Positions 9,970 to 20,616 of a stretch of 64,000 nucleotides of DNA are shown piece after piece. The DNA comes from a bacterium (lineage in GTDB: Bacteria > SAR324 > NAC60-12). Below the pieces are notes generated by a model. It did not search any database. It was not told where the DNA came from and saw nothing but the letters and a program-made list of their open reading frames with translations. The stretch lies in NCBI GenBank assembly GCA_965233585.1, contig CBDDTI010000745.1, positions 320,001-384,000 of the forward strand, in the 5' to 3' direction. The first letter of the stretch is position 1; each line of letters opens with the position of its first letter. The translations under genes were made by a program, and so were the position numbers.

Positions 9970-10698
9970 ATGGAAACCGCATTACTTTTTGACACACTCA
10001 AGACTTCCAAACACTTGCAAGCTGCAGGCTTTGAACAAGAGCAAGCAGAGGCATTGACAGAAGAATTTAAATTTGTGGTAGAAAGCAACTTTGCGAAACT
10101 TTCTACCAAAGAGCAAGTTTCTGGTTTAGAGACAAGCCTTAATGAAAAACTGGAGCAAAAATCCACCAAAGAGCAAGTTTCTCACTTGCAAGAACAGCTT
10201 GAGCAGAAAACCACCAAAGAGCAAGTCTCTGGTTTAGAGACAAGCCTTAATGAAAAACTGGAGCAAAAAGCGACCAAAGACCAAGTGGCTAGTTTAGAGA
10301 CCAACCTTAATGGGAAAATCTCTAGTTTAGAGGAAGAACTGAAGCAAAAAGCCACCAAAGAAGACATTCAAAGTGTCAGAGATGAACTGAAAGGAGATAT
10401 TCAAAATGTCAGGGATGAAATCAAAGACGTCAAAGATGAATTGAAAGAAGACATTCAAAATGTCAGAGATGAACTGAAAGGAGACATTCAAAATGTCAGG
10501 GATGAAATCAAAGACGTCAAAGATGAATTGAAAGAAGACATTCAAAATGTCAGAGGTGAATTGAAAGAAGACATCTATTCTTTAAAAGGAGAGCAAAAAC
10601 TCCTGAAATGGATGGTGGGTTTTGGCATTTCTTTAAATCTGGTGACGCTTGGAGTCGTATTAGCTTTTTTGTTTTCTTTTCTTCCTCCTGCCAAGTAA
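9970..10698 (+). CDS. DUF1640/CCDC90-like membrane-anchored coiled-coil protein, paralog 1 (242 aa)
   Basis: FDTLK..LQAAGF..EQAEAL head, repeated (A/S)TK(E/D) neck motifs, coiled-coil stalk, C-terminal TM helix KWMVGFG. Confidence 0.85.
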   Translation: METALLFDTLKTSKHLQAAGFEQEQAEALTEEFKFVVESNFAKLSTKEQVSGLETSLNEKLEQKSTKEQVSHLQEQLEQKTTKEQVSGLETSLNEKLEQKATKDQVASLETNLNGKISSLEEELKQKATKEDIQSVRDELKGDIQNVRDEIKDVKDELKEDIQNVRDELKGDIQNVRDEIKDVKDELKEDIQNVRGELKEDIYSLKGEQKLLKWMVGFGISLNLVTLGVVLAFLFSFLPPAK

Positions 10699-10705
10699 AA
10701 ACCCT

Positions 10706-11000
10706 GTCATTGCTCACCTTGAGTGAGCAATCTCATTCTTCTTGGTTGAGATTCCGTGTCAAGTGCGGAATGACTAAGTTGACGTCATTGCTCATCTTGA
10801 CCTACAAGCTCTAAACAACCGTCATTGCCACCTTGAGTGAGCAATCTCATTCTTCTTGGTTGAGATTCCGCATCAAGTGCGGAATGACTACTATTGTCAT
10901 TCGGAGCGAAAGCAGGAATCTATCATCCAACTGCTGATGGATTCCGTGTCAAGCACGGAATGACTAAGTTGACGTCATTGCCACCTTGAGTGAGCAATCT
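10706..11000. repeat. Cluster of paired REP-like palindromes
   Basis: GTCATT-stem-CTTGA-stem-AATCTC units alternate with their reverse complement GAGATT-stem-TCAAG-stem-AATGAC. Confidence 0.85.
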
Positions 11001-11090
11001 CCTCTTTTCAGATTTCTCTCTTTTTTTATTTTTCCATTTTGTCTTTAAATTTGTTATGATTCTGGTTTTGACATTCTCACTTATCGGCTG

Positions 11091-11633
11091 ATGGAAACCG
11101 CATTACTTTTTGACACACTCAAGACCTCTAAACACTTGCAAGCTGCAGGCTTTGAACAAGAGCAAGCAGAGGCATTGACCGAAGAATTTAAATTTGTGGT
11201 AGAAAGCAACTTTGCAAAACTTTCTACCAAAGAGCAAGTTTCTGGTTTAGAGACAAGCCTTAATGAAAAACTGGAGCAAAAATCCACCAAAGAGCAAGTT
11301 TCTCACTTGCAAGAACAGCTTGAGCAGAAAGCCACTAAAGACCAAGTCTCTCACTTGCAAGAACAGCTTGAGCAGAAAGCCACTAAAGACCAAGTCTCTG
11401 GTTTAGAGACAAGCCTTAATGAAAAACTGGAGCAAAAAGCCACCAAAGAAGACATTCAAAATGTCAGAGATGAAATCAAAGACGTCAAAGATGAACTCAA
11501 AGAAGACATCTATTCTTTAAAAGGAGAGCAAAAACTCCTGAAATGGATGGTGGGTTTTGGCATTTCTTTAAATCTGGTGACGCTTGGAGTCGTATTAGCT
11601 TTTTTGTTTTCTTTTCTTCCTCCTGCCAAGTAA
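11091..11633 (+). CDS. DUF1640/CCDC90-like protein, paralog 2 (180 aa)
   Basis: Same head and tail as paralog 1, different stalk module content. Confidence 0.85.
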   Translation: METALLFDTLKTSKHLQAAGFEQEQAEALTEEFKFVVESNFAKLSTKEQVSGLETSLNEKLEQKSTKEQVSHLQEQLEQKATKDQVSHLQEQLEQKATKDQVSGLETSLNEKLEQKATKEDIQNVRDEIKDVKDELKEDIYSLKGEQKLLKWMVGFGISLNLVTLGVVLAFLFSFLPPAK

Positions 11634-11640
11634 AAACTCT

Positions 11641-11898
11641 GTCATGGCTCACCTTGAGTGAGCAATCTCATTCTTCTTGGTTGAGATTCCGCATCAAGCA
11701 CGGAATGACTAAGTTGGCGTCATTGCCACCTTGAGTGAGCAATCTCATTCTTCTTTGTTGAGATTCCGCATCAAGTGCGGAATGACTACTATTGTCATTC
11801 GGAGCGAAAGCAGGAATCTATCATCCAACTGCTGATGGATTCCGTGTCAAGCACGGAATGACTAAGTTGACGTCATTGCCACCTTGAGTGAGCAATCT
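11641..11898. repeat. Cluster of paired REP-like palindromes
   Basis: Near-copy of the 10706-11000 cluster. Confidence 0.85.
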
Positions 11899-11987
11899 CC
11901 TCTTTTCAGATTTCTCTCTTTTTTATTTTTCCATTTTGCCTTTAAATTTGTTATGATTCTGGATTTGGCATTCTCACTCATAGACTG

Positions 11988-12800
11988 ATGGAAACCGCAT
12001 TACTTTTTGACACACTCAAGACCTCTAAACACTTGCAAGCTGCAGGCTTTGAACAAGAGCAAGCAGAGGCATTGACCGAAGAATTTAAATTTGTTGTAGA
12101 AAGCAACTTTGCAAAGCTTTCTACCAAAGACCAAGTGGCTAGCTTAGAGGAGAAACTAGAGCAAAAAGCCACCAAAGAGCAGGTTGCTCACTTACAAGAA
12201 CAGCTAGAGCAAAAAGCGACCAAAGACCAAGTCTCTGGTTTAGAGACAAGCCTTAATGAAAAACTGGAGCAAAAAGCGACCAAAGACCAAGTGGCTAGTT
12301 TGGAGGAGAAACTGGAGCAAAAAGCGACCAAAGACCAAGTGGCTAGTTTAGAGACCAACCTTAATGGGAAAATCTCTAGTTTAGAGGAAGAACTGAAGCA
12401 GAAAGCGACCAAAGACCAAGTGGCTAGTTTAGAGACCAACCTTAATGGGAAAATCTCTAGTTTAGAGGAAGAACTGAAGCAGAAAGCGACCAAAGAACAA
12501 GTCTTTTACTTGCAAGAACAGCTTGAGCAAAAAGCGACCAAAGAACAGTTTGTTCACTTGCAAGAGCAGCTGGAGCAGAAAGCGACCAAAGAACAGGTTT
12601 CTAATTTAGAGACGAATCTTAATGAAAAAATGTCTCATTTGGAAACGAATCTTAATGAAAAAATGTCTCATTTGGAGACGAATGTTGACAACAAATTTAA
12701 ATTATTGTCATGGATGGTTGGTTTTGGCGTTTCTTTAAATCTGATGACACTTGGAGGCATGTTAGCCTTCTTGTTTTCTTTTCTTCCTCTTGTCAAATAA
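11988..12800 (+). CDS. DUF1640/CCDC90-like protein, paralog 3 (270 aa)
   Basis: Same head, longer stalk, alternative tail KFKLLSWMVGFGVSLNLMTLGGM. Confidence 0.85.
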   Translation: METALLFDTLKTSKHLQAAGFEQEQAEALTEEFKFVVESNFAKLSTKDQVASLEEKLEQKATKEQVAHLQEQLEQKATKDQVSGLETSLNEKLEQKATKDQVASLEEKLEQKATKDQVASLETNLNGKISSLEEELKQKATKDQVASLETNLNGKISSLEEELKQKATKEQVFYLQEQLEQKATKEQFVHLQEQLEQKATKEQVSNLETNLNEKMSHLETNLNEKMSHLETNVDNKFKLLSWMVGFGVSLNLMTLGGMLAFLFSFLPLVK

Positions 12801-12815
12801 AACTCCCACATTGAA

Positions 12816-13589
12816 GGCAGTGTTCACTTGGTGTTGGCATGATATTTTTCAAGTCTTTTATAGTCAAAGAAGAGTTTGAGAGAGTGTTCCAGCATGTCCA
12901 AAGTTTTAGAATGTCGTTTAGATGTTCTCATCAAGCGAGCTAGGTTATCTCTGATGGAAGAATTAGAAGATTCAATGAGATGAGTATTTCTCTTGCCTAT
13001 TTCGTGGTTCTCTGGAATTTGTCATTGAGCAAATGCCACTTGATAGCATGAGTTGGCATCGGTATAGATTGTCTTCATTCTAGGTTGCTGTTCTTTGACT
13101 AGTGCATACAGCTTTTGGGCAGCTGCTAATCCTTTGCCTATCACAAAGGCAATCACACATGGCTCTTGAGGAGAGTCTGCTGTCCAAACAGCTACTCTTT
13201 GGCTTTTTTTTTGAACAAAAGTATAGATGTCATCCATCTCTATACTATCTACTTGTGCATGGAAACTTGCTGCTCCTTTTGGGAGTTGAGACACTCTGGC
13301 TTTTTTGATCCAGTTGAGAACAGAAGTTGGAGATACCTGCACAAAACGAGCTATCTTTCTGATGCCTACACGATTGACATACATTTCTAAGGCTTGACGC
13401 TTCGTCTCTAGTGGGATTCTCAAACCATTTGAACTGAACGACCTCCCACATGATTTGCAAACATATCTCTGCACTCCTTTGTAACTTCCATTCTTGATAT
13501 AATTCTGATTCCCACAATGATGACAATTTCTCATATTCATTCCTTAAATTCACTCTCACCTGCAATAACAACACCAAGTGAACACTGCC
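12816..13589 (-). mobile_element. IS1-family element, type a, diverged copy 2 (probably inactive)
   Basis: IRs GGCAGTGTTCACTTGG; 9-bp TSD CACATTGAA at 12807-12815 and 13590-13598; A9 run fuses the ORFs in frame, but there is a premature TGA at 13022-13024. Confidence 0.92.
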
Positions 13590-13614
13590 CACATTGAAAG
13601 GGTACACTGGTTTG

Positions 13615-13965
13615 TTGAGATTCTGTGTCAGGCACTACAATGACGGAAGGGTCATTGTGCATCTTCAAAATGGTCATTGCAGGCATTGAGTGAGCAGTTT
13701 CTCTTTTTTCCTAATTTCTTCATTTTCCTAAACGACTCTTGTTTTTTGAGATTCTGTGTCAAGTGCAGAATGACAGTCGTATAGAGATTGCGGGTCAAGG
13801 TAAGCCATGACGGTTTTCAAAGTGAGACATGACGAAAAAGCAAAGTGTTTCAATTCTCTCTGACAAGAGGAGTGTCCCAAAGGGACGGGGGTTTCAATTC
13901 CCCTCTCTTTTTTCTGTCACTTGAGTGACTCTTCTAGTCATGGAGTGCCTGACCCGCAATCTCAA
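13615..13965. repeat. Degenerate palindromic repeat cluster including an uninterrupted CCCCTC/GAGGGG-class hairpin element (~13846-13908)
   Basis: gagattctgtgtcaagtgcagaatgac, gagattgcgggtcaaggtaagccatgac, and gtgtttcaattctctctgacaagaggagtgtcccaaagggacgggggttt. Confidence 0.75.
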
Positions 13966-13995
13966 AGAAAATTAAGTTCCTTCAAGATAGAAACT

Positions 13996-14400
13996 TTATT
14001 TGGAGGCAGGAAGAAAAGAAAACAAGAAGGCTAACATGCCCCCAAGTGTCATCAGATTTAAAGAAACGCCAAAACCAACCATCCATGACAACAATTTAAA
14101 TTTGCTATCAATTTTCTCATTGAGGTTTGTCTCTAAACTAGCGACTTGTTCTTCGGTGGCTTTTTGTTCTAGCTGTTCTTGCAAATGAACAGACTGTTCT
14201 TTAGTGGCTTTTTGCTCCAGTTTTTCATTAAGGTTTATCTCTAAATTAGCGACTTGGTCTGTGGTAGAAAGTTTGGCAAAGTTGCTTTCTACCACAGATT
14301 TAAATTCTTCTGTCAATGCCTCTGCTTGCTCTTGTTCAAAGCCTGCAGCTTGCAAGTGTTTAGAAGTCTTGAGTGTGTCAAAAAGTAAAGCGGTTTCCAT
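13996..14400 (-). CDS. DUF1640/CCDC90-like protein, paralog 4 (134 aa, inverted)
   Basis: Same head, shortest stalk, paralog-3-type tail; related upstream leader. Confidence 0.85.
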   Translation of the reverse strand: METALLFDTLKTSKHLQAAGFEQEQAEALTEEFKSVVESNFAKLSTTDQVANLEINLNEKLEQKATKEQSVHLQEQLEQKATEEQVASLETNLNEKIDSKFKLLSWMVGFGVSLNLMTLGGMLAFLFSFLPASK

Positions 14401-14509
14401 CAGTCTATGCGTGGGAGTTTAAAACCAGAATCATAACAAATTTAAAGACAGAATGGAAAGAGAAAGGTCGTGACCACCGCGCTTGCTTGCGCAAGCCCCC
14501 TCCAATGGA

Positions 14510-15282
14510 GGCAGTGTTTAGTTGGTATTGTCATTGCATGTGAGAGTGAATTTGAGGAATGGAAATGAGAAGTTGTCATCATTGTGGGAGTCAGACTTAT
14601 ATCAAGAATGGAAGTTACAAAGGGGTTCAGAGGTATCGTTGCAAGTCATGTCAGAAAGCATTCACCTCAAATGGGTTGAGAATCCCACTAGAGACCAAGC
14701 GTCAAGCCTTAGAGATGTATGTCAATAGTGTAGGCATCAGAAAGATCGCTCGTTTTTTGCAGGTGTCTCCCGCTTCAATTGTCAACTGGATCAAAAAAGC
14801 TAGAGTGTCTCAACTTCCAAAAGACGCACCAAGTTTCCATGCACAAGTAGATAGTATAGAGATGGATGAGATCTACACTTTTGTTCAAAAAAAAGCCAAA
14901 GAGTAGCTGTTTGGACAGCCTATTCTCGTCAAGAACAATGTGTGATTGCCTTTGTGATAGGCAAAGGATTAGCAGCAGCAAAGCAGCTGTATGGACTAGT
15001 CAAAGCACAACGAGCTAGAATTGAAACGATTTATACAGATGCCAACTCATGCTATCAAGTGGCATTTGCACAACTCCAAATTCCACAAAAGCATCAGATA
15101 GGCAAGGACAACACTCATCTCATTGAATCTTCTAATTCTTCCATCAGAGATAACCTAGCTCGCTTGATGAGAAAATCTAAACGACATTCCAAAACTTTTG
15201 ACATGCTGGAACACTCTCTACAACTCTTCTTTGACTATAAAAGGTTTGAAAAATATCATGCCAATATCAAGTGAACACTGCC
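14510..15282 (+). mobile_element. IS1-family element, type a, copy 3 (773 bp)
   Basis: Near-identical to copy 4; flanks TCCAATGGA and CTGATAAGA do not match, so no TSD. Confidence 0.93.
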
Positions 15283-15410
15283 CTGATAAGAGGGGTGTCC
15301 CAAAGGGACGGGGTGTTTCAATTCCCCTCTCTTTTTTCGGTCATTCCGTGCTTGATACGGAATCTATCAACAAAACCAAGCATGGATTCGGGGCTTTTGC
15401 TCCGAATGAC
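15283..15410. repeat. Hairpin-repeat half plus REP-like pair
   Basis: ctgataagaggggtgtcccaaagggacggggtgttt, then gtcattccgtgcttgatacggaatct and ggattcggggcttttgctccgaatgac. Confidence 0.7.
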
Positions 15411-15600
15411 GAGAAACGCCATATATTTTTAATTGCAAAAAGATCACTCCAACAATAGGTCAAAGCATATTTTTTTGAGTTATCTATGCCAGACTCATGT
15501 TTTTTGAAAGATGTTTTTTCTTGAATTTAATGCTACAACTTTTAAGGCATGCCCTAAAAAAAATGACGCATCATTTAAAAAACTTTAAACTCTAATCACT

Positions 15601-16452
15601 ATGATTCATTTAGACCAGATTCAAATTGATAACCACCTCCCTTTGACTTTATTTGGAGGACTGAATGTTTTGGAATCCCGAGACCTTGCGATGCAAGTGG
15701 CAGAAGCCTTTTGTCAAGCGTCACAGAAACTTGGCATGCCTTATGTGTTCAAAGCCTCATTTGACAAAGCCAATCGTTCGTCTATCCATTCATTTAGAGG
15801 ACACGGCATAGACCAAGGATTGAAATGGTTACAAGAGATTAAGCAGACCTTTCACGTGCCGATCCTCACAGATATTCACGAACCTCATCAAGCAGAATCT
15901 GTTGCCACAGTTGCAGACGTTTTGCAAATTCCTGCATTTTTGTCCAGACAAACAGATTTAATCGCAGCAGCAGCGTCAACAGGCAGAATTTTAAACATCA
16001 AAAAAGCTCAATTCCTTGCACCTCAAGAGATGCGGCATATTCTGCAAAAAATCAAAGAATGTGGAGGCAGTCAAGTCATGTTATGTGAAAGAGGGAGCTG
16101 TTTTGGATACAACAATCTGGTTGTGGACATGCTGGCATTTCCCGTCTTGAAAGATTTGAATGTGCCTGTCCTTTTTGACACAACCCATGCGTTGCAGCTG
16201 CCCGGTGGTCTGTCCCAAAGTGCAGGAGGTCGCTCTGAACATGTGCTGGCTCTGGCTTCTTCTGCCGTTGCACAAGGGCTAGCAGGTCTTTTTATTGAGG
16301 CACACCCTGACCCGACCCAAGCCTTGTGCGATGGTCCTTGTGCCTTGAAACTTGATGAACTCCCTGCTTTCTTGGAACGCGTAGTGGCATTAGACCAACT
16401 TGTCAAGTCGTTCTCATCGCTTCCAAGTCTTCATCTTGCATCTATCGTTTAA
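15601..16452 (+). CDS. kdsA: 3-deoxy-8-phosphooctulonate (KDO8P) synthase
   Basis: [45 protein letters not shown]. Confidence 0.97.
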   Translation: MIHLDQIQIDNHLPLTLFGGLNVLESRDLAMQVAEAFCQASQKLGMPYVFKASFDKANRSSIHSFRGHGIDQGLKWLQEIKQTFHVPILTDIHEPHQAESVATVADVLQIPAFLSRQTDLIAAAASTGRILNIKKAQFLAPQEMRHILQKIKECGGSQVMLCERGSCFGYNNLVVDMLAFPVLKDLNVPVLFDTTHALQLPGGLSQSAGGRSEHVLALASSAVAQGLAGLFIEAHPDPTQALCDGPCALKLDELPAFLERVVALDQLVKSFSSLPSLHLASIV

Positions 16453-16511
16453 GAATGTTGTAATACTCCGTTTAACTTCTTTTCTCAAATTAACTTTTTT
16501 CTCAAATCCGA

Positions 16512-18497
16512 ATGACCCCCCTTTTATACAGCACCTGCGTCAATACTATTAAATTTTTATCTGCTGACATGGTAGAGTCTGCTGGCAGTGGACATCCTGG
16601 CGCCCCAATGGGCATGGCAGATATTGCTTTTGTCTTGTGGAGCCGATTCTTAACATACAATCCTGATGACCCTCGTTGGGTCAATCGGGACCACTTTGTG
16701 CTTTCAGCAGGTCATGCTTCTGCACTGCTTTATTCTCTTTTGCATCTTGCAGGCTATAAAATTTCTTTGGAAGATTTAAAACAATTTCGGCAATGGAAAA
16801 GCAAAACACCCGGACACCCTGAATACCACCCAGATTTAGGAATTGAATGCACAACAGGTCCTCTTGGGGCAGGGTTTGGCAATGCTGTCGGTATGGCACT
16901 TGGGGCAAAAATGCTCAAAGCTCAAATGAAGCAAGCGGAGTGGCTTAATTCTAAGGTTTATGTCTTAGCAAGTGATGGGGACATACAAGAAGGCGTGTCA
17001 GCTGAATCTGCATCGTTAGCAGGACATTGGGGATTGGATAATTTGATTGTCATTTATGACCAGAACCAAATCACCATTGGGGGCAAAATTGAACTCTCCA
17101 TGACTGAAGATGTGGGCAAACGTTTTGAATCCTACGGCTGGAAGGTCATGTCGTGTGATGGACATTGCCAAGAGGAGCTGACCGAATGCCTCAATCATGC
17201 CCAAGAAGCTGAAAGTCCAACATTGATTATTGCCAAAACAACCATTGGTCAAGGGTCTCCTAACAAAGCAGGGACTGCGGGTGTGCATGGCGCCCCATTG
17301 GGAGCAGATGAGTTAACGGCATCAAAACAACAAGCAGGCGTCAACCCTGATTTGTCCTTTCATGTTCCGCAAGAAGTCAGAGAAGTTTTTGAGCAAAGGC
17401 GTCTTGAAAATCAAAAAATTTATGAGGATTGGAAGGTGCAACATCAAGCATGGAAAGAGGCAAATCCTTCGCTTGCAAAACAGTATGACCACCATTTAAG
17501 CCTGCAGTCTCCTGATTTATTGGACAAATTAACGCAAAATCTGTCAGGTCAGTCAGGGGCAACCAGAGAATTATCAGCCCAAGCACTGCAAATCGTGGCA
17601 TCAGAAGTGCCATTTCTCACAGGAGGTTCTGCCGATTTAGAACCAAGCACTAAGACATTGATTAAGCAAGAATCTGATGTTATGCGGGGAGATTTTTCAG
17701 GACGTAATATCCGTTTTGGCATCAGAGAACATGCGATGGGGTCTATCACCAACGGGCTTTATTGTTCAGGGGCTTGGCGTCCCTACTGCTCTACTTTTCT
17801 TTCTTTTTCAGACTACATGCGGGCATCGGTGAGGCTTGCTGCCATTTCTAACATTCCTGCTATTTTTATTTTTACGCATGATTCGTTTTATGTAGGAGAA
17901 GATGGTCCTACGCACCAACCCATAGAGCAACTTTGGAGCTTACGATTGATTCCTAACCTAAACGTCTGGCGTCCTGCTGATGCAACAGAAGTCGCTGCTG
18001 CTTGGAGCTCCATTTTGGAAAACCCAAATCCTTCTGCCTTGATCCTCACTAGACAAAACACAGCTTCACTAGAGCAAAGACAAGACTTTGACATCAAAGA
18101 AATCTTTCGGGGCATGTACATTGTGTCAGACAACACAGCACAAGAAGCTACTCCAGACATGGTGTTCATCTCCACAGGTTCGGAAGGAGGAGCGGCACAA
18201 GAAGCGGCGTTGCAACTTCGTGAAAAAGGGCTTGCGATTCGGCATGTTTCTGCTCCCTGCCTTGAACTTTTTCAACAACAACCTGAAGAGTTTCAAGAGA
18301 CCCTTCTGCCTTATGATTCTTTTATTGTTGCCATTGAGGCTGGTGTGTCTTCACCTTGGCGAGATTATGCAGACTTCGTCATCGGTCGTGATGAATTTGG
18401 AGACTCTGCACCTGCCAGTGAGCTTGAAAAACAATATGGATTCACAGGCGAGTCCATTGTCAACTTGATTCTTGAGTTGATGGAACATGAAGAATAA
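16512..18497 (+). CDS. tkt: Transketolase
   Basis: SGHPGAPMG, TTGPLG, GEDGPTHQPIEQ. Confidence 0.97.
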   Translation: MTPLLYSTCVNTIKFLSADMVESAGSGHPGAPMGMADIAFVLWSRFLTYNPDDPRWVNRDHFVLSAGHASALLYSLLHLAGYKISLEDLKQFRQWKSKTPGHPEYHPDLGIECTTGPLGAGFGNAVGMALGAKMLKAQMKQAEWLNSKVYVLASDGDIQEGVSAESASLAGHWGLDNLIVIYDQNQITIGGKIELSMTEDVGKRFESYGWKVMSCDGHCQEELTECLNHAQEAESPTLIIAKTTIGQGSPNKAGTAGVHGAPLGADELTASKQQAGVNPDLSFHVPQEVREVFEQRRLENQKIYEDWKVQHQAWKEANPSLAKQYDHHLSLQSPDLLDKLTQNLSGQSGATRELSAQALQIVASEVPFLTGGSADLEPSTKTLIKQESDVMRGDFSGRNIRFGIREHAMGSITNGLYCSGAWRPYCSTFLSFSDYMRASVRLAAISNIPAIFIFTHDSFYVGEDGPTHQPIEQLWSLRLIPNLNVWRPADATEVAAAWSSILENPNPSALILTRQNTASLEQRQDFDIKEIFRGMYIVSDNTAQEATPDMVFISTGSEGGAAQEAALQLREKGLAIRHVSAPCLELFQQQPEEFQETLLPYDSFIVAIEAGVSSPWRDYADFVIGRDEFGDSAPASELEKQYGFTGESIVNLILELMEHEE

Positions 18498-18568
18498 AAT
18501 CTTTCAAACTTAGAAAAGCAAAGCAGTCAAACAGTCAAAAATTCTGTCAAACTTAGACATTGTTGCAA

Positions 18569-19270
18569 ATGGCAAATTTGTCCCCCTTTCCTATCACGAT
18601 TGCTCCTTCTGTCCTTTCTGCCAATCTGGGCATGCTTGCCGATGAAATCTTGTCTATTTCAGAATCAGGGGCATCTTGGATTCATCTGGACGTCATGGAC
18701 GGCAGTTTTGTCCCCAATATCACTTTTGGTGCAGAAGTCATTCGCTGGTTGCCCAAGCCAGAAGGTTGCCTTTTTGATGCACATTTGATGGTGCAAAATC
18801 CTCATCAGCATATCAAATCTTTTGCAGAGGCAGGAGTAGATGTGCTGACAGTGCATGCGGAAACATGCCCCCATTTGCATCGTACCATTCAAGACATCAA
18901 AGCTCATCAGATGCTGGCAGGGGTTTCATTGAATCCTGCAACGTCTTTGCATGTGTTGGATTGGATTCTTGATGAAATAGATTTGGTTCTCATCATGTCA
19001 GTCAATCCGGGTTGGGGTAACCAAACCTTCATTCCTGCATGCTTTGACAAAATTAGGCAACTCAAAAGCATGTTGTTTGACAAAGGCAAGACGATTCCAA
19101 TTCAAGTGGACGGAGGTGTCAATTTGGAAACGATTCCGACAGTGGTCAAAGCAGGTGCGACCCACTTGGTAGTTGGCAGTGCTTTTTTTAAAACCAAAGA
19201 TTACAAACAGACTTACGAGACGCTTTATCAAAAGGCACTAGAAGCCTCTCATTTTCAACAATTCGTCTGA
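18569..19270 (+). CDS. rpe: Ribulose-phosphate 3-epimerase
   Basis: IAPSVLSA, HLDVMDG.FVPNITFG, MSVNPG, VDGG; start codon uncertain. Confidence 0.96.
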   Translation: MANLSPFPITIAPSVLSANLGMLADEILSISESGASWIHLDVMDGSFVPNITFGAEVIRWLPKPEGCLFDAHLMVQNPHQHIKSFAEAGVDVLTVHAETCPHLHRTIQDIKAHQMLAGVSLNPATSLHVLDWILDEIDLVLIMSVNPGWGNQTFIPACFDKIRQLKSMLFDKGKTIPIQVDGGVNLETIPTVVKAGATHLVVGSAFFKTKDYKQTYETLYQKALEASHFQQFV

Positions 19271-19362
19271 TTCAACAATTTGTCTGAAACCTCAAATCAT
19301 TGTTCACTTTGACGCAACACGTAAGAAACTGACTGACCGCATTTAACAAGAGGACAAACATC

Positions 19363-20574
19363 ATGGGAGAAAGAACGAAGGAAAGGAAAGATTGTGAATC
19401 ATTGGGCATTTCCAAACGAGACTTGGACAAAAAGGGAGAGTCTCAAGATGCTGTGCAAAAAGCCACTGATTTTTTGGGAAGGATTAAAGCACCAACCACT
19501 GATGATTTCATCAAAGCAGGTCGTGAGATTTTTGGAGACTCTGCTTTCTATTGCTACCCGGGCTATTTAAACGAGTGTCGCACCGAGGCAGTCTTTTGGG
19601 CATATCCTCCTTATACTTTTAGAGAGATGCTAGAAAATTTGGAAAGTCACATTGAAGGCTGTGGGGGCATCAAAACTGATTACATCTTCTGCATTGGCTC
19701 TCCTAACAGATTTGACCATGGACTCTGGCAAAAATTTGAAACAACATGGAAAAAATATGAAGACAACAAACAACCACTTATTGAGTTCTATCTCATCATT
19801 GACAACCGAGTCAAACTATTAAACTTCCATAATTTGAGAAGAACTGACTTACATGGGGCAGATTTACAAGGAACTGACTTACAAGGAGCAGATTTACACG
19901 GGGCAGATTTACGGAAAGCTCATTTGAATCATGCCAATTTACGAGACGCTGATTTACAAGGTGCGAACTTACACGGGGCGGATTTGAATCGTGCTGACTT
20001 GCGGGGGACAGATTTACACGGGGCAGACTTACAAGGAGCAGATTTGAACCATGCTTACTTGAATGGTGCTAACTTAACAGAAGCTCATTTACACGGAACG
20101 AACTTAGATGGTGTGAACTTATTCACAGCAAAGCTCACAGGGGCAGATTTAACAGAGGCTCATTTGAATCATGCAGACTTAGCAAATGCCAACTTAACGG
20201 AAGCAGATTTAACAGAGGCTCATTTGAATCATGCGGACTTAAGTCAAGTTGATTTAAAAGGGGCAGATTTACAAAGGGCAAATTTGCAGCAAGCTAAGTT
20301 ACAAGGGGCAGATTTACGAAGGACTGATTTACAAAGAGCTAATTTAAGCAATGCAGATTTACGAGATGCCGATTTAAGTTGGACTAAATTAACAGGCGCT
20401 GCTTTGCAAGATTATTTGCAAAGAGCTTCTTTAAAACGGGCTAGGTTAGGCGGGGCAGATCTGCGAGGAACTGACCTGACAGGAGCAAATTTAGAAGGAG
20501 CTAAATTAACAGGCGTCAAGTACGATGAAGACACTCAATTCCCAAAAGGCTTTGACATCACCAAACGCGTTTAA
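19363..20574 (+). CDS. Pentapeptide-repeat protein with unrecognised N-terminal domain
   Basis: Long run of A(D/N)Lxx repeats ending ..YDEDTQFPKGFD; GAGGA RBS. Confidence 0.9.
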   Translation: MGERTKERKDCESLGISKRDLDKKGESQDAVQKATDFLGRIKAPTTDDFIKAGREIFGDSAFYCYPGYLNECRTEAVFWAYPPYTFREMLENLESHIEGCGGIKTDYIFCIGSPNRFDHGLWQKFETTWKKYEDNKQPLIEFYLIIDNRVKLLNFHNLRRTDLHGADLQGTDLQGADLHGADLRKAHLNHANLRDADLQGANLHGADLNRADLRGTDLHGADLQGADLNHAYLNGANLTEAHLHGTNLDGVNLFTAKLTGADLTEAHLNHADLANANLTEADLTEAHLNHADLSQVDLKGADLQRANLQQAKLQGADLRRTDLQRANLSNADLRDADLSWTKLTGAALQDYLQRASLKRARLGGADLRGTDLTGANLEGAKLTGVKYDEDTQFPKGFDITKRV

Positions 20575-20616
20575 ATACACCGAATCGGGAGGCTAGATTT
20601 TCAGCCAGTCGCATTT

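Noticed and set aside
10706..11898. CRISPR array
   Set aside because: Repeats alternate in orientation, spacers are repeated rather than unique, and there are no cas genes; they fit REP-like palindromes.
9970..14400. Shufflon with a dedicated invertase
   Set aside because: No site-specific recombinase is in the window; the variation is in module number and order, not inverted cassettes.
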